DNA of 50,672 nt. Source: Macrostomum lignano. Its lineage: Eukaryota. The notes under the pieces are model-generated. The model saw only the letters and a program-made list of their open reading frames with translations. It searched no databases and had not been told where the DNA came from. The DNA lies in NCBI GenBank assembly GCA_002269645.1, contig NIVC01004319.1:1-50672 (forward strand), written 5' to 3'. The position numbers and the translations under genes are program-made. Positions 1-12,805 of the stretch are shown piece after piece. How positions within the stretch are numbered: the stretch's first letter is position 1; the number at the start of each line of letters is the position of its first letter.

Positions 1-199
1 TACACGAATAGAAAAACAAGGGGTAAGAGGGGGCTTTGAGTGCTGAAGGAGTGCAAGCGGCAGTCTGTGTACACAGTGAGTGTTTGCGAATGTGAGAGAG
101 GTTCGTTTGCTATGGGAATAGTTATGTAGTTTTATTTCTCTTATACAGTTATTGTTTTTGTTTGTAGGAGTTACTTTTAAATATAAGTCCCGAGTCTTT

Positions 200-940
200 G
201 GCTGGGCCGCTCCTGGGTCTTTACTGAGTCTGGGCCGCTCCTGGGTCTTAAATAAGTCTGGGCGCGCTCCTGGTTCTTTACTGAGTCTGGGCCGCTCCTG
301 GTCTTGACTGGTCTGGGCCGCTCCTGGTCCTTAACTGAGTCTGGGCCGCTCCTGGTTCTTAACTGAGTCTGGACGCTCCTGGTCCTTAACTGAGTCTGGC
401 CGCTCCGTGCTTAACTGAGTCTGGGCCGCTCCTGGTTCTTGACTGGGTCTGGGCCGCTCCTGGTCCTTAACTGAGTCTGGGCCTCCTGGTTCTTAACTGA
501 GTCTGGACCGCTCCTGGTCCTTAACTGAGTCTGGGCCGCTCCTGGTTCTTAACTGAGTCTGGCCGCTCCTGGTTCTTGACTGGGTCTGGGCCGCTCCTGG
601 TTCTTAACTGAGTCTGGGCCGCTCCTGGTTCTTGACTGGGTCTGGCCGCTCCTGGTCCTTAACTGAGTCTGGGCCGCTCCTGGTTTCTTTACTGGGTCTG
701 GGCCGCTCCTGGTTCTTTACTGGGTCTGGGCCGCTCCTGGTTCTTTACTGGGTCTGGGCCGCTCCTGGTTCTTAAATGAGTCTGGCCGCTCCTGTTCTTA
801 ACTGAGTCTGGGCCACTCCTGGTTCTTAACTGAGTCTGGGCCGCTCCTGGTTCTTAACTGAGTCTGGGCCGCTCCTGGTTCTTAACTGAGTCTGGGCCGC
901 TCCTGGTTCTTAACTGGGTCTGGGCCGCTCCTGGTCCTAG
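200..940. repeat. 28-bp minisatellite (TCTGGGCCGCTCCTGGTTCTTAACTGAG)n
   Basis: Direct tandem units; more indel noise in the first ~400 bp. Confidence 0.95.
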
Positions 941-1035
941 AGACCTATACAGGTTTTGACATAGACGGGCCTGAAGTTCTGACCCACGACGGGACAAAAC
1001 GTTTAGCATCTGCAAAGGATAGAAATACTTCACAA

Positions 1036-1068
<33 letters not shown>

Positions 1069-1521
1069 CCAGAGACAGACAGACAAACAGATAGACAGAC
1101 ACCAAGACAGACAGACTAACAGACAGACAGACACAAGACAGACAGACAAACAGATAGACAGACACCAAGACAGACAGACAAACAGACAGACAGACTAACA
1201 GACAGACAGACACCAAGACAGACAGACTAACAGATAGACAGACACCAAGACAGACAGACACCAAGACAGACAGACAGACAGACACCAAGACAGACAGACA
1301 AACAGACAGACAGACTAACAGACAGACAGACACCAAGACAGACAGACAAACAGACAGACAGACTAACAGACAGACAGACACCAAGACAGACAGACAAACA
1401 GACAGACAGACTAACAGACAGACAGACACCAAGACAGATAGACAAACAGACAGACAGACTAACAGACAGACAGACACCAAGACAGATAGACAAACAGACC
1501 GACAGACACCAAGACAGACAG
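1036..1521. repeat. Interrupted (GACA)n microsatellite with CACCAAG/CTAA/CAAA variants
   Basis: Seen directly. Confidence 0.95.
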
Positions 1522-2517
1522 AAGTGATAGAGCACCTCACAAAATCCAGAAAGTATTAATCTTGTTTATCAATAGTGACTACCTTGAATTCAGATTTCAT
1601 CCATCTGATTGAGAGTGATTTCCAATCGTATCGAACTTTGCTGTTTCAATAACCCTTCCGGTCCAGATGCTTTCTATAGTAGTCCATGGAGGGACCAGCT
1701 ACTATCCTCATCTAGTTTGCAATATCTGTGTAATTCAATTGGCATATCAGATCTTAGCTGCGATGACATTGCAGTGACCCCTGCTTTATTTGGCTACAAA
1801 TTATTTTAATCTAAGCATTCAAATGTCAAAGGTTAGCGCTCTATTTGAACTTTGTTCAATCATTTTTATTAGTCACATAACAGAACTGGGTTCTTCTATA
1901 GTGTAATAAATTAGTATAGGGCTTAGTCGGTCATTTATAAGTATAGCTTCGATAAGAATAATCTTAAGTAGGCGGTGGCGCCACACTTGGCTGGCAATTC
2001 TAATGTGCTTGCACTTCTAGTTATATCAGTTAGTCGGGGCTGCTAATTTATCCCCTACATAAGTTGTTCAGTTCTCCCTTAGATGTTTTTTGTGAACAAT
2101 GATTTCCTGTCTGTTGTAAAGTTTGCTACCAGGAGAGAAAAGTGCAACAGTCCGGGGGAGAGGACTTTTTCACTTGACAAAATTGTCTAAGTCTATTTTT
2201 AGCCATCTGCAGTTTAGACTCTGGCAGTGCGCAGTTACGAAAAATGCCCGCCAAGGTGCCACTTGCCCTCCGCCTGGCGGCCTGACTGTCCATTACTCGC
2301 GAGTTCTAGAATTTTCCAGAAATTGCTTCCAGTACGAATTAGAGAACTGCGCTGTGAGTGCGCGCGGCTGTTTGAAATGGCGCGATTTCACGCTAGTAGC
2401 ACTCTGAAGTTCTTCACTGATAACAAGTTGAATTAAACTTTGACTCTTGAGTGAGGGGGCTGGTTATGATATTCAGTGAACACCGTTTTATTCCGTGATC
2501 CAAGTTAAATAATTGTA

Positions 2518-3135
2518 CATCAGTGTGAATGTACATTAGAATAAGCGGCATCAGTGTGAATGTACATTAGAATAAGCGGGCATCAGTGTGAATGTACATT
2601 AGAACAAGCGGACATCAGTGTGAATGTACATTAGAACAAGCGGACATCAGTGTGAATGTACATTAGAACAAGCGGACATCAGTGTGAATGTACATTAGAA
2701 CAAGCGGACATCAGTGTGAATGCACATTAGAACAAGCGGACATCAGTGTGAATGCACATTAGAATAAGCGGACATCAGTGTGAATTCACATTAGAACAAG
2801 CGGACATCAGTGTGAATGCACATTAGAATAAGCGGACATCAGTGTGAATGTACATTAGAACAAGCGGACATCAGTGTGAATGCACATTAGAACAAGCGGA
2901 CATCAGTGTGAATGCACATTAGAATAAGCGGACATCAGTGTGAATGCACATTAGAACAAGCGGACATCAGTGTGAATGTACATTAGAACAAGCGGACATC
3001 AGTGTGAATGCACATTAGAATAAGCGGACATCAGTGTGAATACACATTAGAATAAGCAGGCATCAGTGTGAATGTACATTAGAATAAGCGGACATCAGTG
3101 TGAATACACATTAGAATAAGCAGGCATCAGTGTGA
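2518..3135. repeat. 32-bp minisatellite (CATCAGTGTGAATGTACATTAGAACAAGCGGA)n
   Basis: About 19 tandem units ending ~80 nt before a SPOP acceptor. Confidence 0.95.
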
Positions 3136-3213
3136 CTAAATATTAGAACGAGGAAAATATTATATTTTAATATCAGCATTTAATAATTTGCATTGCATGG
3201 CCTTCAATTCCAG

Positions 3214-5468
<2,255 letters not shown>

Positions 5469-5583
5469 AATTTATTTTATTTATTGCGCTTTTTTCTACC
5501 ATTGTTTCAATTCAATAGTGCATAGTTTAAAGAGCCTGGCTGTAGTCAACTAAAAGCCTTTATTACCAAGATTTATTAATCTA

Positions 5584-5589
5584 AATAAA
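5584..5589 (+). promoter_or_regulatory. Candidate polyadenylation signal for SPOP
   Basis: AATAAA lies 116 nt after the restored stop codon, in AT-rich sequence. Confidence 0.4.
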
Positions 5590-6315
5590 AATAAACTAAA
5601 TCTCAAAAAATGCTCAGGCTCTAGGCCCAAATATCATTAAGAATTTTTTAAATTGAAATGTCATGAAATCCATTGAAGTAGTCAGAAGTACATTTTGTAA
5701 CTTTTTACTTTTCAAGCCAGGAGTTTGCTAGTGGATTAATACTAATAACACCTGCTATCTTTAATGTGTCAATTTATATTCTAGTCTATTGTTCAACTAT
5801 ATTCATTAGTCTTGCAAATCAGCACTAGAAAGCTAACGCATCTATAACTTATTGCGTCTTAAAGCCAATTGAAAAACTGGGTTTTTTCTAACTGGTTCCC
5901 ATGGTTACTATTACTATTTATACATTGCTTTTTGTAAATAAGTTTAAATGCTATGAAAGATAAATTTTGTAGCATCAATCTGTGCGAACAACTGCCACTC
6001 TGTCTGTGTGCTAATCCTCACTTTTCATTGCCTGTTTATCTGTTTATTGTCAAGTTCAGCTTGTTTTATACGGAATAGTAATGTTAAGTATATAGTTAAC
6101 TGTAATAACTAACATTGCACTATCTATATTTATGTAGCAGCATAACTTCAGTCCAGCCTCCTTAATCTGTTGCTCTATTTGTTTTGGAGCCGAGCTGATT
6201 TCCGTACTTTCTCCCAAGCTTTATCGATGAATTAACAAAGACTTTTCAGATTCGGACTAGGGCTATAGGTATTGGCTTTCGCATGAAGTAAACTTTTAGT
6301 ATAAATATTTTTGAG

Positions 6316-7187
6316 CAACAAAGACCCCAGTATCCAACTGAATAATCAGCAATGCAACAAAGACCCCAGCATCCAAAAGAATTAATCAGCAATGCAACAA
6401 TGACCCCAGCATCCAAATGAATTAATCAGCAATGCAACAAAGACCCTAGTATCCAACTGAATTAATCAGCAATGCAACAAAGACCCCAGTATCCAACTGA
6501 ATAAATCAGCAATGCAACAAAGACCCCAGCATCCAAAAGAATTAATCAGCAATGCAACAATGACCCCAGCATCCAAATGAATTAATCAGCAATGCAACAA
6601 AGACCCTAGTATCCAACTGAATTAATCAGCAATGCAACAAAGACCCCAGTATCCAACTGAATAAATCAGCAATGCAACAAAGACCCCAGCATCCAAAAGA
6701 ATTAATCAGCAATGCAACAATGACCCCAGCATCCAAATGAATTAATCAGCAATGCAACAAAGACCCCAGCATCCAACTGAATAAATCAGCAATGCAACAA
6801 AGACCCCAGCATCCAAAAGAATTAATCAGCAATGCAACAAAGACCCCAGCATCCAAAAGAATTAATCAGCAATGCAACAAAGACCCCAGCATCCAAATGA
6901 ATTAATCAGCAATGCAACAAAGACCCCAGCATCCAAAAGAATTAATCAGCAATGCAACAAAGACCCCAGCATCCAACTGAATAAATCAGCAATGCAACAA
7001 AGACCCCAGCATCCAAATGAATTAATCAGCAATGCAACAAAGACCCCAGTATCCAACTGAATAAATCAGCAATGCAACAAAGACCCCAGCATCCAAATGA
7101 ATTAATCAGCAATGCAACAAAGACCCCAGCATCCAAATGAATAAATCAGCAATGCAACAAAGACCCCAGTATCCAAATGAATAATCA
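6316..7187. repeat. 40-bp minisatellite (AGACCCCAGCATCCAAATGAATTAATCAGCAATGCAACAA)n
   Basis: About 22 units; a 4-unit higher-order pattern lies in 6361-6760. Confidence 0.95.
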
Positions 7188-7740
7188 GAACTGCTAAGAT
7201 CTCAATACACCTGATATGTCAAGTAAGTCTCGAAAACAATTATTAATAGCCTTTTGCACTTTAAAGTGAGACATTGCACCACACTTGGAGCCTATTGAGC
7301 ATATATTTATGTAACACATTGAACTTATTGTTTTGCACACAAGAGGGTAAACAGTTTATCATTAAATGTTTCAACTGTTATTTATCTTTGTGCTGCAGTT
7401 TTATAAATAGTTAAACAAATAAATATTGGACTACAAATGCGTCCTATTCAAAAATAAATAATTTGGCGCGTTGTTTGCCTTATTGTTTGTCCGAGAATTT
7501 TGTTTTAATTTTACTTAATACCATTTTTTATTTAGTGTAGGCAAACTAGTTTGTTTTCAGCGTTTTCATTTTCATTTTATAGGGAAACAAACGTTTGATT
7601 CTTAATTACTCTTAGTGCCTGTTTTTAGTAGTGTAGATAGGGCATCAAATTCAATGTAAAATATTTCCATTTATTGATTACTTTCGGTCAGTTGCCAGGC
7701 CAGTTTTATTTTCTTTTAACTTGCCTGTCAATATTGCTCT

Positions 7741-8745
7741 GTATGATCTCATACTCATGATCTCATTCTCATAATCTCAATGAATGATCTCATTCTCATA
7801 ATCTCAATGTATGACTTCATTCTCATAATCTCAATGTATTCTCCCAAGAATTGTCTCAATGAATGATCTCATTCTCATAATCTCAATGTCTGATCTCATT
7901 CTCATAATCTCAATGTATGACTTCATTCTCATAATCTCAATGTCTGATCTCATTCTCATAATCTCAATGTATGACTTCATTCTCATAATCTCAATGTATG
8001 ATCTCATTCTCATAATCTCAATGTTTGATCTCATTCTCATAATCTCAATGTATGATCTCATTCTCATAATCTCAATGTCTGATCTCATTCTCATAATCTC
8101 AATGTATGATCTCATTCTCATAATCTCAATGTCTGATCTCATTCTCATAATCTCAATGTATGATCTCATTCTCATAATCTCAATGTATGATCTCATTCTC
8201 ATAATGTCAATGTATAATCTCATTCTCATAATCTCAATGTATGATCTCATACTCATAATCTCAATGTATGATCTCATACTCATAATCTCAATGTATAATC
8301 TCATTCTCATAATCTCAATGTATAATCTCATACTCATAATCTCAATGTATGATCTCATTCTCATAATATCAATGTATGATCTCATACTCATAATCCCAAT
8401 GTATGATCTCATTCTCAAAATCCCAATGTATAATCTCATACTCATAATCTCAATGTATAATCTCATTCTCATAATCTCAATGTATAATCTCATTCTCATA
8501 ATCTCAATGTCTGATCTCATTCTCATAATCTCAATGTATGATCTCATTCTCATAATCTCAATGTATGATCTCATTCTCATAATCTCAATGTATGATCTCA
8601 TTCTCATAATCTCAATGTATGATCTCATACTCATAATATCAATGTATGATCTCATACTCATAATCTCAATGTATGATCTCATACTCATAATCTCAATGTA
8701 TGATCTCATACTCATAATCTCAATGTTTGATCTCATGCTTATACT
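7741..8745. repeat. 27-bp minisatellite (AATGTATGATCTCATTCTCATAATCTC)n
   Basis: About 37 units; this is the source of the spurious 301 and 304 aa ORFs. Confidence 0.95.
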
Positions 8746-8837
8746 ATCAATGCCAAAAAAAAACCAAAAATAGCAAGATCAATTTGTTTTGCAAGTTGAA
8801 ATCGAACATGGCTGCTATGGATGCGGCATTTAAGTAA

Positions 8838-8843
8838 TTTATT
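8838..8843 (-). promoter_or_regulatory. Candidate polyadenylation signal of the secreted-protein gene
   Basis: TTTATT on + (AATAAA on -), about 250 nt downstream of the stop codon. Confidence 0.3.
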
Positions 8844-9089
8844 TTCATTATTTATGTTAAATTGCACAAGTTAACTGGGCCTTCTTCATTCGACGGGGGA
8901 ATTTTCATTCGAATGACTCCTCTCGTACTGCTTGCTGTACAGGCTGGGTTTAAACAGGAGATTCCATCGAGCTGTCATTTGCATATTGAGGTAATTCAGA
9001 TTCAATTAAAAAAAGTTCCAAGGGGAAATTTTTGTTGCATGCCCGCTGTTGGTTGTTGGCAGCCTCGCATCGCGCGCTCATCAGTGCTT

Positions 9090-9744
9090 TTAGCCCCACG
9101 CCATGTCCGCCACGTCCAGCTCGATCTCTTTTTTGGACTTGTAGTAGCACGGCCTGGTGGCGTAGCTGGGCAGGGCTCGGCAGTACCAGTTCTCGCGCTC
9201 GACGGGGTCCAGAATGTCGGTGGGGTTGGTCATGTCCCAGTTGACGCCGCCCACCATGTCGCACAGGGCGAAGCAGATCTCAGCCGTTCTGATTTTGCAA
9301 TCGAATACTCCCGTTCCTAAAAATAACAAAACATTAATAATAGTAATGATATCTGCCGCATCGGTTATGCTGAATTCTGGCAAGGAAAATCCCAACTACA
9401 AGCTTGACTTACGGGTGTTGTACTTGTTGTACGCTATGTACCCGTTTGGACAATAGTCGTCGTAACTTGTGTACGACACGTTCACATCTTTTGGCGGATA
9501 CTGTGTGGTGCCTTCGGTGCTGCGAATCTGGCGAGCTAGCTTAGTGGTCTTGCCGTTGCCGCCGACAGCTGCGGGTTCGTGCGTTATAGACTTGCTTTAT
9601 TAGTTAAGAAGTCTACATGATTCCTTCATTACTATCACGGTTGCTATGCTGTTGCTGGGATAACTTACCAATTGAGTCTCCGCTTTTGATGGCCCAGAGC
9701 AGGCCGAGGGCCAACAAAGTGCCGATCAGCTTTATTGAAGACAT
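9090..9744 (-). CDS. Uncharacterised small secreted protein, 152 aa, 3 exons (9744-9669, 9568-9413, 9316-9090)
   Basis: Both donors are GTAAGT and the acceptors are CGCAG and TTTAG. Both introns are phase 1 and the 459 nt join is an open frame: MSSIKLIGTLLALGLLWAIKSGDSIAVGGNGKTTKLARQIRSTEGTTQYPPKDVNVSYTSYDDYCPNGYIAYNKYNTRTGVFDCKIRTAEICFALCDMVGGVNWDMTNPTDILDPVERENWYCRALPSYATRPCYYKSKKEIELDVADMAWG*. It has a hydrophobic N-terminus and 6 Cys. Confidence 0.85.
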
Positions 9745-11266
9745 GCTCTCTCTTGGCTTGGTGTTCAGTAGCTGCGTAGATCCTCAGAATGGAATCTTAG
9801 ACGAGGCTAGTCGTAACAGTCGTTCGTTTGCGTCTGTCGAGTCTGCTGCTGGTCCCGCGATGACACTGGGGCCAGCGCTGCCGTCTGGCCGCTACTAATA
9901 TAGGCGTGGGCGGCTGAGGGGCGCGGGTGAGGGGGGCAGAGAGTGAGGGGCGGTTGCTAAGCATGTGACCCAAGGCCGCCCCGCCCCAGCCAGAGCTGAA
10001 TGAATGGCTGAGTGGAAGCGGAATGAGCCCTCAGCTCGAATGGGGTTTCGTCAGTTTCGTCTGAAACCAAGTGCGTCTGTCGCTTGCGTCTGTGGACCTA
10101 AATTCCGCTATACTTGGCCTCCGCAACAAACTTGTCGCCAAGTCTGCAATGCCAGACTCTGCCAGGCTTCCCCCAGCCTTTGTCTACCGCGATTCATCCC
10201 GTCTCCGCTATTCATCCAGTTGAGAACTGAGCTGCAGCCTGTAGGCCAACCGCTCTGTTGTCGGCCTGAACTTGCGTGGGCGGCGGGCTCCAGGGACAGA
10301 CGGCTATTTAATTAACTCCTGGATAGACCAAGGGCCCTGCGTTCATCCCTTCCCATTTTCCAGCTCCATTGCAAGTCCCCCGACCTCTTCGTTCAAGCTG
10401 TATGAGTCATCGGCCGTCTGTCTTTGCACCCTAGTTTAGTTTTTACACAGCTTGGAAGCAATATGGCAATCCCAGATGCAAAATCCCAACGGAATATCGG
10501 GTCTCTGGTCTGCTTTTTTGGTTGATTTCCGTTTTGACAAAAAAATTAAAAACATTTTTCCTAAGTTTCCTGCTAGGAAGACAATTTTGTTTTTGTTTTC
10601 TACTATTGAGCTGCTTCATTGTGTCATTTGACTGTAACAAAAAACTTTCGGGACAGATATGCTTTCTTTGCCCTGTCTAATTTTAGCATCACAATCACTT
10701 TTTCTGCCGCACTGGTTCAGTTCGAACGCCCCGCGTGTGTTATTATCTATCGGTTTTTGTCATGCTGAAAAATTCCAGTTAAGTTGGAATTCCTTGCTTA
10801 TCTGCTGAGTTGGACTCAGCTTGTACCGAGTTTTTTGCCGATTCAGCAAAGTTTCACTTCGTTAGCTATAAGCTCGGCCGGGCTTTTCTCGGACAAAAAA
10901 AGATAGACAAGCAAGAAAAAGGTGAAAGAGTGACAAAACTAAGAGTGCTTGCCAGTTCTTGCCAGCAGCTGGCGGCGGCGTGCTCTCGGGTCACGGCTCA
11001 CGGGCGCGCCTCGTGATTTGGCCAATTCTCTGTGCCCAGGGGCATCGGTTATGCCTTCTCTCTTAGCCTTAGCTGCTTTCCTCGGGTCTGCTGCAACCTC
11101 CCACACGCTGTCATTGTCATCTGCCTGCCGCTTGCTGTCTGGGGCATGGACACCTCAAGCTACACATCTGGACTGGCAAGAAACGTCTGGCTATGCAGGT
11201 AGCCTTTGTTTGCAATTGTAGTCTACTTCTTACGAGTGTGTGATGATAAATTTCCAGGCTGTAGAT

Positions 11267-11300
11267 CAGGGTTAGGCAAACTCCGGCCCCGGGCCACGTG
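11267..11300 (+). mobile_element. Possible left terminus of a hAT (Charlie-like) DNA transposon or MITE
   Basis: CAGGGTTAGGCAAACTCCGGCCCCGGGCCACGTG resembles Charlie-type ends (CAGGG...CAAAC..CGGCCC.CGGGCC). It is preceded by CTGTAGAT, which fits the NTNTANAN target preference. No right end or second TSD was found. Confidence 0.35.
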
Positions 11301-11610
11301 TCTCTGTTCTCTCCCCCCTCTTCTCCACTTATCTCCCCTCTTCTCTCTCTTCTCTCCCTCTTCTCTCTCCTCTCTTCTCTCTTCTCTTCCCTCCCCTCTT
11401 CTCTCCCCTCTTCTCTCATCTCTTCTCTCCCCTTTCTCTCCTCTCCTCTCCTCTCTCCCCTCTCTCCTCTGCTCTTCTCCTCTCCTCTCCTCTCCTCTCT
11501 CTCCTCTCCTCTCCTCTCGTCTCGTCTTCTCCTCTTCTCTCCTATCCTCTCTTTTCTCTCTTTCCTCTTCTCTCTCTCCTCTCCTCTCCTCTCCTCTCCT
11601 CTTCTCTCCC
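11301..11610. repeat. Polypyrimidine (CTCCT/CTCT)n tract
   Basis: Seen directly. Confidence 0.9.
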
Positions 11611-12805
11611 TTTTGTTCTGTCGCCCGTGATTCATTCATTGTGTATAAATTCAAATGAGATTTGCTTATTTTTAGAAGCTAAAAAATGCAGACAAAATAT
11701 TAAAAAAATTTATGGGATTTTCACACTGCATAATCTATATTAAGCTGGGAAATTTCTCAACAACATCTGAAATAACATTCAATTTTACAAAGACACAACA
11801 CAACATTCAGAGGGTACTGTGCTGCAGATCTTTGATTCCTTACAAAATTGCGGTCTGGGGCGGCGGTTTTCAATGTTTCTGAGTACACTCACTCGTACAA
11901 TTAGATGCTGCAAAGTCCTGAATCTTTTGAAAATTCGCGTCCTAAAGTGCACTGGCTAATCCGATGAAGGACAGTAGGGGGGTCTGGCGGGTGTTGCCTC
12001 GGTGCTTAGAGTCATGTGACTGCAGCTGTGAATGATCGAGCGACGGCTTCTCCCCCCCCTCCCTCGCGCTGTTTAAACCTCCGAGTGCGACTCAATTTAA
12101 CGTAGAAACGAAGGTTAGGCGAGAAAAGCACACAATTAATCAGCTTGTCAGTCTGTGGGCGCGGCCCGATCTTTCCGAGTCATGTGACCACTCACTCAAG
12201 ATAAAGAGAGACAGTCAGTGAGCTATAGAGATACTGACAGCCCAGTAAGTCACGTGAAGCGGTCTCGGCGCTTACCTGCAGCCTCCTCCCACGCGTCTGC
12301 CTGCCCCGGCCGGGTGTTGTGGCCCCTAGCTACAGTGCTGACGCACTCTCTGGCTTGCATTGTTTGGTCTCTGCATAGCTGGCAAAGTGCCGCGAAGGGA
12401 GATGGGAGTGAGTTAGAGAGATTCTGACGAAACACCACGCCTTACCGTGACCCAATCTAATTCTGGATTCTGAACTGCGTATAGCAAACCAAAAAAGCGT
12501 AGTACTTGCGCCAAGTGCAATTTCTTGGCTAAAAAACCCATTGCGTTTTCAATTTGGACTTTTTATTCAGTGCACTTGCACCACTGGAGCTTGTTTCTTT
12601 CTGGACCAAATCAAAGCAAAACAGCTTTCTTCCGAATGACAATAATAAGTTCCAAAATATTGCACGTTAAAAATTTCTGTTGCCATCTGAGTCGAATCTA
12701 CCTATTGCTAGTAGAGTAGTTTGTATTTCATACTTTTACCTTGTATTTTATTTCCACTCATGTTTCAGCTGATAGAAGAAATTCGCTCGGCCCTGAGTTG
12801 CTAAA

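Noticed and set aside
1-3213. Search for the missing SPOP N-terminal exon(s) (..WCYTQ..KFSYMWTINNFSF..)
   Set aside because: I found no matching translation by eye in this interval, so it probably lies upstream of the window.
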